Shown here: piece after piece, positions 1-10,192 of the stretch
Position numbering within the stretch: position 1 is the first letter of the stretch
Layout of the letters: every line of letters begins with the position of its first letter
Assembly (NCBI GenBank): GCA_041671325.1
Contig: JBAZBR010000001.1
Coordinates: 221,332 to 285,331, forward strand
DNA from: Patescibacteria group bacterium
GTDB taxonomy: Bacteria > Patescibacteriota > Patescibacteriia > PEXW01
DNA: 64,000 nucleotides
Direction of reading: 5' to 3'
Made by a program: the position numbers and the translations under genes
The notes under the pieces: model-generated
The model's database searches: none
What the model was told of the DNA's origin: nothing
What the model saw: only the letters and a program-made list of their open reading frames with translations

Positions 1-4
1 CCTT

Positions 5-1777
5 TTGGATTCTTGGCACCTGTATTTATGTTACGTTCGTGATCTTGCAGTCGATCGATTTCTGGAAATACGACAAATGGAAGAAATCGCGGGGGATCAG
101 CGTATGATACCGTTTGCTTACATCGTAAGAATGCTGTTTACGTTAGTCATTTTCGTCTTTACCGTCATCCTCGTTCGCTTCTTTCAGCTCGTGAATCGGT
201 CTCCATGGCTAATGTATCCTGTCTGTTGTATCTTCGTGATTGCCTGCGTCATCTATTATTATTATCGCATTGAGGCAAATTTCAATTACATATCGACGAG
301 GGTTGGCTTTGGCGCGAAGAGACCTTTATCACTATTCCTGCGCTCGTGCGATTTTCTGATCTACGCGTTCCTTAAGCTTGATTGGACGGGGCTAGCCTTT
401 TTCTTCACGGCAACTGTGCTTCCATCCCTTATCGTAGTCATTCAAAAACTGCCAAGGGTGGCTGCAGAAGCTCCAGGTACAATACACGGAAATATTTCCG
501 CAATCGTTTTTGGCATATTGCTTGGGTACCTCGTTCGAAAGACCTTTATCTTAAGCATCACAAAGCAGTACTTACGAGTCGCGACTCGTATGGATTGGTT
601 GCGTTTTTCATTCATCGTGGTTGCTGCCGCTGCTACGTTTACGTATTCCGTGTATACCCACCTTTTAGCTGAATTCGTATTCGGAGTTTCTCTAGGCATC
701 TCGTTCGATCTCTTGTGGTGGCTGAGACAGCGGGCAGCTACGTACCGCATGCGACGGGGGTTACTGGCATTCACCTACATCAAGGGGGCTCATTTCATGC
801 GAGAGGATTTTATATCGAACCTCCTTTTGGGTAGGTCAAGGGAACTACCGCGGATAATCGATAAAGAACGTCGGTCTTTTGGGATGACACGCAATTACTA
901 TTTAATGCGTTGCTGCCAATTGTTTTACAATCGCCGATTCGAGCAACTGCATAAATTCTACAACAATTATCTTCCGAAAGAGTTCAGGACTGATCTTTGG
1001 TTCAAACACATCATTGGAGGCACGTATTTCTCTATCGGTGACTACAAAGGCGGCATCACCGTACTTACGAAATTGATCGAGGAGTTACAACCAGATTCGA
1101 CTGAAGACCAGAAGCTCCGGCCCCACGTTTTGGTCACTTTGGCTTCCTTCTATGATCAGCAGTATTGCGCGACGCTGTCTAATGATAGCCTGGAGCGTGC
1201 GGTCGATTTATGTTGGCAAGCGGTGAAATTGGATCCGACTTGTTCTTTCGCAGCAATATCGCTGGCCTACTACATTGCCAAATCAGTACCCACATTTGAA
1301 TTTGGCGAGAACGCCGAAAGGTTACAGCAGTGCCACGACAGTCTCAAGCAGGCACTCTTTCATTTTTCAAGATCAGACAACTTTCCGTGGCAGGATGCTT
1401 CGAAAACGTATGTAGAGTACTCAACCATCTTTTACATATTGGTAAGGGGTTATATCTACATGAAAATGGGGGTGTTGAAGTTTGCTAGGGACGATTTTTC
1501 CAACTGTCTGCTGATAGATCCTCTATACGCTCGGGGGCATTTGCATATGGCCGAGCTGTTTGAACGTTTGGTTCCGGGAGGCGGTAACGCGGAAGATAGT
1601 GCTTTCGAGTATCTCAAGGTAATGCATGTTATCCCCGGGATAAATCTATCTTCGCCTCTGTTCCAAATGGCTCGCACTTTGTTAAAACAGACAGTTGTGC
1701 GTATCGGCGATAACCTAGTATATAAGGACCCGCGTGTATGTGGTCAAACAATCCGGACACAACCTACCTCTAATTAG
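5..1777 (+). CDS. Multi-pass membrane protein with C-terminal TPR-like helical repeats (probably 5'-truncated by the window edge)
   Basis: About 8 hydrophobic segments in the first 240 aa, then TPR-like segments (AVDLCWQAVKLDP; RGYIYMKMG..FARDDFSNCLLIDPLYARGHLHMAELF); frame open to the window start. Confidence 0.7.
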   Translation: MDSWHLYLCYVRDLAVDRFLEIRQMEEIAGDQRMIPFAYIVRMLFTLVIFVFTVILVRFFQLVNRSPWLMYPVCCIFVIACVIYYYYRIEANFNYISTRVGFGAKRPLSLFLRSCDFLIYAFLKLDWTGLAFFFTATVLPSLIVVIQKLPRVAAEAPGTIHGNISAIVFGILLGYLVRKTFILSITKQYLRVATRMDWLRFSFIVVAAAATFTYSVYTHLLAEFVFGVSLGISFDLLWWLRQRAATYRMRRGLLAFTYIKGAHFMREDFISNLLLGRSRELPRIIDKERRSFGMTRNYYLMRCCQLFYNRRFEQLHKFYNNYLPKEFRTDLWFKHIIGGTYFSIGDYKGGITVLTKLIEELQPDSTEDQKLRPHVLVTLASFYDQQYCATLSNDSLERAVDLCWQAVKLDPTCSFAAISLAYYIAKSVPTFEFGENAERLQQCHDSLKQALFHFSRSDNFPWQDASKTYVEYSTIFYILVRGYIYMKMGVLKFARDDFSNCLLIDPLYARGHLHMAELFERLVPGGGNAEDSAFEYLKVMHVIPGINLSSPLFQMARTLLKQTVVRIGDNLVYKDPRVCGQTIRTQPTSN

Positions 1778-1789
1778 GACATGGTTTGC

Positions 1790-1975
1790 CTGGTGGCAAT
1801 GGCCTTTCGATACTCGTTCTTCCTTCGGTTAAGAATCTCTTAAAAATCTTTCGTTTAATCTCCACCTGTTGCTCCAGGATCTCAGCTGCCGGACCGAGGT
1901 ATGCATCTGCTGGAATCACATTGGCGAGTGACTTGTGGTACCGCCGTTGATTGTAGTAATCCATGAATGTTGCGG
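1790..1975 (-). pseudogene. C-terminal remnant of a DDE (IS3/IS481-like) transposase
   Basis: FMDYYNQRRYHKSLANVIPADAYLG..AEILE matches the YN..R.H.SL...TPA.VY.G tail of integrase-core transposases; no DDE core present. Confidence 0.65.
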
Positions 1976-2072
1976 TCCAAGCGGTCAGATACTGCGGAAT
2001 GTGCGACGTCCAACAATGAAAATAATCATGATCTGGCTCAAGCCAAGGTAGAATATTTGTATACAATATAAT

Positions 2073-2402
2073 ATAGACAAACAAAATAAAGATAGGCTTA
2101 TAACAAACCGCCACAGTTACTCTTACCCTAAGCATGTCAGGCAATACCGCCGACGACTCCTTATTCGGGTTTGGGAAATCGCATGGATAGTCAGCCGTAA
2201 GCCACACGCAGTCTTCCATTGGGAGAAGTGCCGGTGCAATCCGACGTTGGAAGATGCTCTTGCTATCGCAGCAGCCTTGGATTGCCCAGTGGAGGCGTTA
2301 TTCTTAGATCAATTTCGACAAATCCGCAAGGTGGTGTTGAAACGTAGGGCCAATCTTCAGGCCAAGCGTTACCCTGATTTTCGGTCCTGTTTAACACACT
2401 AA
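2073..2402 (+). pseudogene. XRE-family HTH regulator lacking a canonical start (not in the ORF track)
   Basis: Open frame reads HVRQYRRRLLIRVWEIAWIVSRKPHAVFHWEKCRCNPTLEDALAIAAALDCPVEALFLD to TAA at 2400-2402; only ATA at the expected start. Confidence 0.6.
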
Positions 2403-2513
2403 ATGCCCTGCAATGCCAGGACTGTCATCCAGGTTATCCTCAGTTGAGGGACGAAAGGTTCCCGACTTCGGCAATTGATGGGTTTTTGAGGTCTGTTTAT
2501 ACTGCCTGGTGCT

Positions 2514-2759
2514 ATGGAAATACCAAGTCATCAACCTTTATATCTTTATCGACGACAACACCGCCTCAAGCGGGTCGCTTTGGCTAAATCGATCGGTTGT
2601 TCTACAAAATCTTTGTCCCGCTGGGAGCATGGGATAACCCGGCCCCGTATGTCCTGGGCAGTTCAGGCTAGCCGCGTGACGGGTTTATCGCTTGACCAGT
2701 TGTTTGGCGAGAAGCTATTACCTTCCGTATCTGCTAATTCTGTTTCTGTGCCCGGCTGA
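2514..2759 (+). CDS. XRE-family helix-turn-helix protein
   Basis: LAKSIGCSTKSLSRWEHGITRP...LSLDQLF is an HTH_3 signature. Confidence 0.8.
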   Translation: MEIPSHQPLYLYRRQHRLKRVALAKSIGCSTKSLSRWEHGITRPRMSWAVQASRVTGLSLDQLFGEKLLPSVSANSVSVPG

Positions 2760-3144
2760 GAATTCGGTGTTGCTGTTTTCGAAAAGAAGAATATTTTTTG
2801 ACCTCCAAAAGGATCTGTTTGAAGATGGGCGCAGAACGGTTTTCAAGGTAGAAGGTTCGAACGTCCTTGATTAGGGCGAGCCACGGGTCATCACGAACTC
2901 CACCCTCCGCACGCTCGCTTTCGCGAGTTTGCTTCGGATTCCGTTCGTGTGCCCCTTTCCCCAAATTTTCATTCTGAAAATTTAGGGGCCCCAAAAGCGT
3001 GCCGCTTTACTTATTCTGCTAAAAAATAGTATGGAATCCTAACTAAAGATCAACTTTTTTATTTTTAAAAATAAGGTATAATTATTATAAAGGTGGGGTC
3101 TCCACCAATAAGATAAAAATTTATCATTAAAAATATCCAAACAT

Positions 3145-5469
3145 ATGGGTAATTTGAGTAAAAGCCTTATTAGAATAATAGGGATTTTTTCAGGTATTTT
3201 AATTATTTTTGGCACCTCGGTCACCCCGATGGCTAGCGCCAAAAAGGTTTCAATGGCCTTGGCAGACAGCCAACAATCGGCCGTGTCCACCGACCTTGGC
3301 ATCTATGGCGGGGATAATTGGGATATTGCGGTTGACGGCGACCACGTCTATACCATTGCCAACGGAGTGCCTAACGGTTTCTTCTATTCGACTGACGCGG
3401 CTGCTACCTGGCAACGCCCTACCGGAACATATGATTTTGGTTCCGGCACCGCGGTTGAAGTGGATCCGACAACCCACGCAGTTTACATAGCACTCGATGG
3501 GCTATTTAAAAGTTCCGATTACGGCGTGACTTTGACGAAAATTGCAGACAGTGTCGGCAATCCATTACTCTTCGCCCAAGGAAGACTATTTGCAACACAT
3601 AATGATACCATCTACGTCAGTAGCGATAATGGAGCAACCTTTGCGACCGTAGCGATATCCGGTGAAAATATCATGAGCTATGCTGCATCAAAAACAGCCG
3701 GTACATTCTACGCCGTAACCCGAAACTCCACAACAAGTGCGGCGCATCTGTATACCAGTACTGATTACGGCGTAACCTGGACAGCTATTACTGTCGACGC
3801 CAGCGTGACTTCGTATACCGATGTTAACGCTGATCCATATGATGCAAGCATCCTGACCTTAAGCGGCGATAATGCCTTGTGGTTATCACTTAATGCCGGT
3901 ACATCCTGGACAAAGATAGGAGTAACACCCGCCCGTTCCTGCGGTAACTTCTCGGTCTGGACCTCCACCCGCTGGTACGCCTGTGCTGGCTACTCCACAG
4001 ACAACGGAACTACTTGGACTAATATGGACACACATACGTATGTCATGCGCGGTCCAGGCAAGATTATTGCCATCAATACCGCTGATGAGGATATCATTTA
4101 CGGCGACTGCATGAGTGGCATTTGTAAGAGTACTGATGGCGGTCTAACCTGGCATAATAGCCTGAAAGGCATTACCGGCGTTAACGTCTTGGCGATAAGT
4201 TATACTACTGACAAAACTACAGCTTGGGTCTCATCAAGCAATGGCTTGGCGAAAACCTCAAATTTCAATTCAACCACGCCGACCTGGACCTGGCCGATCT
4301 TGCCTTGTGACCCCAGCCCGAGTGCTCGTTGCGATTCGAGTGGCATTGGCGAATCAGTCTGGGTAAAACCGAATGATCCGACTATTGTCATGGCCGGATC
4401 AATTGGGGGCTGGGTATATCGGAGTACAGATTCTGGAACCACTTGGACAGCCCAAATCCCTACAGTAGTAAATCAAGCTAAGTTTAAAACCGATACTTGG
4501 AACAATTTGCGACCTAAGCATTTCTTGAGTGACCCAACTGACGCTAATATTCTTTATCTGGCGATGTACGACCCGATTGACAATAACGGCGCCGTTCTGA
4601 AAAGTACCGATGCTGGGATTACTTGGACGGATATGGGCATTGCCGATGACGCACCGGCTACGGTTCTGTCTATGACGAAAACCGGAGTGCTTTATGCCGG
4701 GACTGGTTATGGCAAATCAACAACGACTACTAAGGGTATTTATAAGTTCGACGGGGCGAGCTGGACCAAGCTGGTTGGAATCGAAACTAGCCTGAATATC
4801 ATTAGCATTCTTGTCGATCCGGAGGTTGAGACCACAGTCTACGCCACAGCCGCAAATGATTTAGCCCCGTTACAATTGGATGGGTTCTACAAGTCTATTG
4901 ATAGCGGTGCAACCTGGACAAAGATCGTCCCGACTGGCTATACGGACTTTGGTGCTATTACCGTGCAAAAGAACACTTCACCGAACACCCTTTACATGTC
5001 GGCTAGTGATAGCGCTAACCATGGCATCTTGCTCAAATCAAGTGATCAAGGCGCCACTTGGGGCGTGCTTTATCAAGGTTTAAAATCAGAGTCTTATGGC
5101 GCGGTTGTGTTTGATGGTTTAGTTGTCGGCTCAAAACACGGTTTGTTTGGGCTTAAATCAAAAGGCACATTCCTATCCTTAAATGGCGCAAAAGTTAAAG
5201 CTAAAGTTCCGGTGAAGCTCTCTGCTACCTTGAAGGATAAAGCCACTAAAAAAATCTTAAGCGGAAAATTAGTCAAACTTTACTACAAGGAGGGCAATAA
5301 ATGGAAACTTAAGGCAACCGCAGTTTCGAATAAAAAAGGTAAAGTAACTTTCACGGTTAAGACTCATATCACCAGGCAATACCATATGGCTTGGGCTCCT
5401 GGGAAAATCGATAAGAATGAGTATGCTGGCACGGATTCAAGCAATGTGACGATAACCATAAAAAAATAG
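3145..5469 (+). CDS. Secreted BNR/Asp-box beta-propeller (VPS10/GH74-like) protein with Lys-rich C-terminal domain
   Basis: Signal peptide; many S-x-D-x-G-x-T-W Asp-box repeats. Confidence 0.85.
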   Translation: MGNLSKSLIRIIGIFSGILIIFGTSVTPMASAKKVSMALADSQQSAVSTDLGIYGGDNWDIAVDGDHVYTIANGVPNGFFYSTDAAATWQRPTGTYDFGSGTAVEVDPTTHAVYIALDGLFKSSDYGVTLTKIADSVGNPLLFAQGRLFATHNDTIYVSSDNGATFATVAISGENIMSYAASKTAGTFYAVTRNSTTSAAHLYTSTDYGVTWTAITVDASVTSYTDVNADPYDASILTLSGDNALWLSLNAGTSWTKIGVTPARSCGNFSVWTSTRWYACAGYSTDNGTTWTNMDTHTYVMRGPGKIIAINTADEDIIYGDCMSGICKSTDGGLTWHNSLKGITGVNVLAISYTTDKTTAWVSSSNGLAKTSNFNSTTPTWTWPILPCDPSPSARCDSSGIGESVWVKPNDPTIVMAGSIGGWVYRSTDSGTTWTAQIPTVVNQAKFKTDTWNNLRPKHFLSDPTDANILYLAMYDPIDNNGAVLKSTDAGITWTDMGIADDAPATVLSMTKTGVLYAGTGYGKSTTTTKGIYKFDGASWTKLVGIETSLNIISILVDPEVETTVYATAANDLAPLQLDGFYKSIDSGATWTKIVPTGYTDFGAITVQKNTSPNTLYMSASDSANHGILLKSSDQGATWGVLYQGLKSESYGAVVFDGLVVGSKHGLFGLKSKGTFLSLNGAKVKAKVPVKLSATLKDKATKKILSGKLVKLYYKEGNKWKLKATAVSNKKGKVTFTVKTHITRQYHMAWAPGKIDKNEYAGTDSSNVTITIKK

Positions 5470-5489
5470 TTAACAATTCAATAATGATT

Positions 5490-5517
5490 AAAGCTCCCGC
5501 CAAAGGCGGGAGCTTTT
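5490..5517 (+). terminator. Intrinsic (bidirectional) terminator
   Basis: AAAGCTCCCGCC-AAA-GGCGGGAGCTTTT. Confidence 0.8.
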
Positions 5518-5552
5518 GGTATGGCAATAAAGTTTTCTGCTATAATTATTCC

Positions 5553-6182
5553 ATGCATGAATTATTGGCAAAAGAACTAATTGCTAAAGGCGTGTTGTAT
5601 TCAGATAACATTATTAAGGCCTTTAACAAAGTCAGGCGTGTTGATTTTGTGCATGAAGATTTTCATTCCCAAGCTTATGATGACGCGCCTTTGCCTATTG
5701 GCAAGGGCCAAAGCATATCTCAACCCTCGACTGTGGCGCATATGCTGGAATTACTGGCGGTTGAACCTGGCAGCCGGATTTTGGAGGTTGGTTGTGGCTC
5801 AGGCTGGCTGACCGCGCTTTTAGCAGAGATCACTGGTCCAAGCGGTTTTGTTTATGCCATAGACATCATTCCAGAATTGACCGAATTGACTAAACACCAT
5901 TTGGTTTCATACCACTTTAATAATATTAAAACTAAAATCGGTAATGGCTGGCTTGGCATACCCGAACACGCACCTTTCAACCGGATAATTGTGTCAGCAG
6001 CAGCACCAAAAATTCCCGGAAAATTAATTGAGCAACTGACACATGGTGGGAGATTAGTAATGCCAGTAGGGGAAGATATCCAGGATTTAGTCTTATTGAA
6101 AAAATCAGAAAAAGGTGAAATTACTGAAGAGCATCATCCGGGTTATCAATTTGTCCCCCTAATTTCTTCAGATAAAAAATAA
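5553..6182 (+). CDS. pcm: Protein-L-isoaspartate O-methyltransferase
   Basis: AYDDAPLPIG.GQSISQP, ILEVGCGSGW and FNRIIVSAA motifs; start moved to ATG 5553 (downstream of the terminator). Confidence 0.95.
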   Translation: MHELLAKELIAKGVLYSDNIIKAFNKVRRVDFVHEDFHSQAYDDAPLPIGKGQSISQPSTVAHMLELLAVEPGSRILEVGCGSGWLTALLAEITGPSGFVYAIDIIPELTELTKHHLVSYHFNNIKTKIGNGWLGIPEHAPFNRIIVSAAAPKIPGKLIEQLTHGGRLVMPVGEDIQDLVLLKKSEKGEITEEHHPGYQFVPLISSDKK

Positions 6183-6183
6183 T

Positions 6184-7257
6184 ATGAAAATAGTCATTTT
6201 AGCCGGTGGCGGCGGTACCAGGCTTTGGCCAATTTCCAGGAAAAATTCACCCAAGCAAAGCCAGGCGTTTATTGATAATAAAACCCTGCTTCAAAAAACT
6301 TTTGACCGGGTCAGGCGCGGTTTCAAGTTAACCGATATTTTTGTTTCAACCAACTATCAGCAGTTACCATTATTGCAAAAACAGATACCTAAATTACCGC
6401 GTTTAAACTTCATTGCCGAAAGCGCTAAACGGGATACAGCCGGTGCCATTGGTTTAGCAGTGGCTTATATTGATAAGTTATACCCCCGCGAAACCATGAT
6501 GACCGTGGGTTCTGACCATTTTATTAAGGATGAAAAATCCTTTATAGAATTAGTTAAGTTGGCTGAAAAAATAATTAAGGAAAATCATAAGCAAACCGCC
6601 CTGATTGCCGTGCGTCCGACTTATCCAGAAACCGGCTATGGCTACATCAAGGTCAATAAGATATTCAAGCAATACGGCAATAATGAGGTTTTTTACGGGG
6701 AAAAATTCATTGAAAAGCCCAATCTCGCCAAAGCCAAGCAATACTTAAGAAGCTGGGACTACCTTTGGAATACCAATATGTTTTGCTGGCGCAGCGATTA
6801 TTTATTAGATTTATTCAAACTTTATCTGCCAAAACATTACAAAATTTTGAAACGTATTCAACCAGCATTGGGAACGCCAAAGGCTAGGCCAACAATTTTA
6901 AGGGAATTTAGCAAACTGCCCTCCATTTCCATTGATTATGGGATTATGGAAAAAACAAAAAAGATCGTGGTTATCCCGGCAAGTTTTGGTTGGGCGGATA
7001 TTGGGCATTGGCGCACGGTCAGGGACGTTTTACAAAAGAAACCTGGCATGAATGTGATTCGGGGTAAGCATATTGGTTCAGCCGAAAATTCTTTAATCTA
7101 TAGCTATACTAAAAGGGTCATCACCACAGCAGGCGTAAAAAACTTGATTATTGTGGATACTGAAGATGCGTTGTTAGTTTGTCCTGCGGATGCCGCCCAA
7201 GAAGTGAAAAAAATCGTGGAAGAATTGAAAAATAGAAATTTAAAGTCCTTAATTTGA
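6184..7257 (+). CDS. manC: Mannose-1-phosphate guanylyltransferase
   Basis: ILAGGGGTRLWPISR..PKQ, PETGYGYI, FIEKP, SIDYGIMEK, WADIGHW. Confidence 0.92.
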   Translation: MKIVILAGGGGTRLWPISRKNSPKQSQAFIDNKTLLQKTFDRVRRGFKLTDIFVSTNYQQLPLLQKQIPKLPRLNFIAESAKRDTAGAIGLAVAYIDKLYPRETMMTVGSDHFIKDEKSFIELVKLAEKIIKENHKQTALIAVRPTYPETGYGYIKVNKIFKQYGNNEVFYGEKFIEKPNLAKAKQYLRSWDYLWNTNMFCWRSDYLLDLFKLYLPKHYKILKRIQPALGTPKARPTILREFSKLPSISIDYGIMEKTKKIVVIPASFGWADIGHWRTVRDVLQKKPGMNVIRGKHIGSAENSLIYSYTKRVITTAGVKNLIIVDTEDALLVCPADAAQEVKKIVEELKNRNLKSLI

Positions 7258-8276
7258 TGAAAAAAATCCTCCTAAGCTTAGCTGGCGCGGTTTTAATTGT
7301 TTTAGTCGTCTTCATAATTTGGTTTTTAAATAGTTCCAACGTCCAAAGCAGTTTTGCGGAAAATAAAGATTTCGAAGTAATTACCGGCCAGGGTGTTAAT
7401 CAAATAGCGGATAATTTAAAAAACCAAGTCTTTATTAACAGTACCTTAGCTTTTAAAATTGAAGTAGTTTTAGAGGGCGTAAAGAGTGATTTTAAGGCGG
7501 GGACGTTTTCAATTCCCGCTCGTTCGAGTATTAGCCAGATAATTGAAATTTTAACCAGCACTCCAAAATCAGATGAGGTAGAAATCAGGATTCCGGAAGA
7601 TGCTACAGCAAAAGAGATTTCAATAATTTTAGAGCAAAAAGGCGTTATGAGTTCTGCAGAATTCATTAGCATTGCCAGCACCACGGATTCAAGGAATGTT
7701 GCTCCGGACAATGCCTACCCCTTTTTGGGCGATAAACCCCAATCCGCAACCATGGAGGGTTTTCTTTTCCCAGATACCTACCGTTTTTTCAAAAAAGCTA
7801 CGCCCGCCCACGTCTTGAAAAAGTTTTTGGATAATTTTGGACTGAAAGTTCCCCAGGAAATTTTGAATAAAATAAACGCTGACGGCCATACAATTTATCA
7901 AGGCATTATTTTGGCAAGCATTGTCGATAAGGAAGTCAGGACAGATACGGATAGGAAAATTGCCGCAGGGATATTCTGGAACAGGCTGAAGTTAGGCATG
8001 GCTATGCAATCTGATGCCACGGTTAACTATGTTACTGGCAAGCAGGCCTTACAGCCGACAAATGAGGATATTTCTATTGAATCGCTTTATAATACTTATA
8101 AACAACAGGGCTTACCTCCGGGTCCCATTGGCAACCCCAGTCTTTCAGCTATTCGGGCAGTAGCTTATCCGCAAGAGTCTGACTATTTATATTTCCTGAC
8201 CAAGCCAGATGGGACTACAGTTTTTAGCAAAACTTATGAAGAGCACTTGGCTAACAAAAGGAAATATCTGCAATGA
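7257..8276 (+). CDS. mltG: Endolytic transglycosylase MltG
   Basis: N-terminal TM helix; EGFLFPDTY, ILASIVDKE, YNTY...GLPPGPIGNP. Confidence 0.95.
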   Translation: MKKILLSLAGAVLIVLVVFIIWFLNSSNVQSSFAENKDFEVITGQGVNQIADNLKNQVFINSTLAFKIEVVLEGVKSDFKAGTFSIPARSSISQIIEILTSTPKSDEVEIRIPEDATAKEISIILEQKGVMSSAEFISIASTTDSRNVAPDNAYPFLGDKPQSATMEGFLFPDTYRFFKKATPAHVLKKFLDNFGLKVPQEILNKINADGHTIYQGIILASIVDKEVRTDTDRKIAAGIFWNRLKLGMAMQSDATVNYVTGKQALQPTNEDISIESLYNTYKQQGLPPGPIGNPSLSAIRAVAYPQESDYLYFLTKPDGTTVFSKTYEEHLANKRKYLQ

Positions 8277-8965
8277 GTAATATTAAAGCCCCCATTGTCA
8301 TTTCAGTTGGTGGCTCTTTGGTTATTCCGGGGGAAATCGATATTGATTTTCTTAACAAATTCCGGAATTTAGTTTTAGATGAATTAAAAAAAGGCCGGAA
8401 ATTCATTTTAGTGGTTGGGGGCGGGAAAATCGCCAGAGTTTACCAGCAAGCCGCTAAAAAAGTGATACCCGTAAATAATCAAGACCTGGATTGGATTGGC
8501 ATTCATTCAACCCGGCTTAATGCCCAGTTATTAAGGATTATTTTCCAAAAACAGGCATTTCCAAAAATTATTACTAATAAGCAAAAAATCAATCCCAAAA
8601 TAAAGTCCCCAATTATTATTGCTTCAGGTTTTCGGCCTGGCAATTCAACGGATTATATCGCAGTCTTGCTGGCCAAAGCTTATAAGGCTAAAACCATCAT
8701 AAACCTTTCTAATATTGATTGGGTATATACAAAAGATCCGAGGAAATTCAAAAATGCCAAAATTATTAAGCAAATTAGCTGGCCTGCTTTCCTAAAAATT
8801 ATCGGAACCAAGTGGGAGCCTGGGGAAAACGTGCCTTTTGATCCAATTGCCAGCAAATTCGCCCATAAATGGGGGATGAAGGTGGTAATTTGTAATGGTA
8901 AGGATTTTAGTAATTTACGGCTGCTTTTTAAGGGACAGGAGCATAAAGGTACGGTAATTCAATAA
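8273..8965 (+). CDS. pyrH: UMP kinase (archaeal type)
   Basis: VISVGGS, VVGGGKIARVYQ, DWIGIHSTRLNA, PGNSTD, PFDPIAS. Confidence 0.92.
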   Translation: MSNIKAPIVISVGGSLVIPGEIDIDFLNKFRNLVLDELKKGRKFILVVGGGKIARVYQQAAKKVIPVNNQDLDWIGIHSTRLNAQLLRIIFQKQAFPKIITNKQKINPKIKSPIIIASGFRPGNSTDYIAVLLAKAYKAKTIINLSNIDWVYTKDPRKFKNAKIIKQISWPAFLKIIGTKWEPGENVPFDPIASKFAHKWGMKVVICNGKDFSNLRLLFKGQEHKGTVIQ

Positions 8966-9027
8966 GGAATAGATATACAAAAAACCCTTCTATGCAAAGA
9001 AGAGTTTTTTGAATGAACGGTTCAAGG

Positions 9028-9333
9028 TCAATCGATAGGTATTTCGGTGACATTCAGGAGGGCAACAACTTCCAAATTTGGTTCAAGTACATAATCATAC
9101 CCCCCCTGATTCACCAACTTGATCAAATAGCCGGGTGTGTGTGTTATTTCTGTGAATCCTTTAAAATCATGTATCACGCATTCCAGGATACCCTTTACCT
9201 GGCCAAAGTCTACCCGAATTCTTTGGCCAGTTTGGAATTTCCGCGTACTTCCCTGTGCTTCACACGCTTGAGCTTCTTTAGAAGTAGGGAATTCCGCATT
9301 GCAGATACTGCATCTAAAGAACGGTTTTGGCAC
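9028..9333 (-). CDS. Small orphan protein with N-terminal CxxC zinc-finger-like motif
   Basis: FRCSICNAEF..KEAQACE; AAGGAG SD, TTGACA promoter near 9419, terminator 8978-9011. Confidence 0.65.
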   Translation of the reverse strand: MPKPFFRCSICNAEFPTSKEAQACEAQGSTRKFQTGQRIRVDFGQVKGILECVIHDFKGFTEITHTPGYLIKLVNQGGYDYVLEPNLEVVALLNVTEIPID

Positions 9334-9471
9334 CTTAGACTCCTTGGAAAAGGTTATTGTTCAGATATATGTTTGGCTTTATTTCAAATAAAATTAGTCC
9401 AAAACAAATTATATGTCAAGGGGGGAACATTGGGGGTTTTATGAATTAGATATATTAATCGGGAACTTAAT

Positions 9472-9500
9472 TTGACAGTTTTTCGGGAATAAGTTAGTCT
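9472..9500 (+). promoter_or_regulatory. Sigma70 promoter of rplJ-rplL
   Basis: TTGACA-17 nt-TAGTCT. Confidence 0.65.
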
Positions 9501-9512
9501 ATTTTCAGGGTA

Positions 9513-9605
9513 TCCACAGACCGTAGGTGGCTCACATAAAAAAGGGCGTAATACCTACGCAGGAAACCGCTGAGTTCCCAATATTGGGATAATTACGTCT
9601 GTGGA
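9513..9605 (+). promoter_or_regulatory. L10 ribosomal protein leader (autoregulatory RNA)
   Basis: AGACCGTAGGT...TAATACCTACGCAGG core closed by a TCCACAGAC/GTCTGTGGA helix, directly upstream of rplJ. Confidence 0.85.
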
Positions 9606-9632
9606 AACACAGCTTATTTTTTATATAAATAT

Positions 9633-10157
9633 ATGGCAAAAACTAAAGCGGAAAAGCAAGAAACAATTAAAAAATTCAAGGACAATTTAGGCCAAATGAA
9701 AGTGGCAATCTTTGCGGCCATTGATGGCTTGACCGTAAAGGAAATTACAAAGTTACGGAAAGAAATGCGGGAAGCAAAAGTGAATTTTATTGGCTGTAAA
9801 AAAACCCTTTTTAATTTGGCTTTGAAAGAAAATGGTTTTGATACTGAACCACTAAAAGCTTTTCGGGGGAATGTAGGCATTGCCTTTGGCCTGGAAGATG
9901 AAGTCAAACCAGCCAGTATTTTGCAGGGCTTTGTGAAAGTAAATAAGAAATTGCAGTTTGTCGGAGGTTTATTGAACGGCAAATGGTTAAGCGCGGCAGA
10001 AGTGAAAGGCTTGGCTAACTTGCCAACCAAGGAAATCCTTTTGGCAAAATTGGTCGGTTCAATCAAAGCGCCAATCTCTGGTTTAGTAAATGTTTTGGCT
10101 GGTCCCATGCGTGGCTTAGTCCAAGTTTTGAAAGCCAAAGCTGAAAAAACTTCTTAA
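9633..10157 (+). CDS. rplJ: 50S ribosomal protein uL10
   Basis: GLTVKEITKLRKEMR, KKTLF, LANLPTKEILLAKL. Confidence 0.97.
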   Translation: MAKTKAEKQETIKKFKDNLGQMKVAIFAAIDGLTVKEITKLRKEMREAKVNFIGCKKTLFNLALKENGFDTEPLKAFRGNVGIAFGLEDEVKPASILQGFVKVNKKLQFVGGLLNGKWLSAAEVKGLANLPTKEILLAKLVGSIKAPISGLVNVLAGPMRGLVQVLKAKAEKTS

Positions 10158-10192
10158 TTTACTTATTAATTAATAATTAATCCTTTAAACAT

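Noticed and set aside
1770-2219. 149-aa ORF as a real gene
   Set aside because: It is a chimera of a transposase tail and the antisense of the HTH frame
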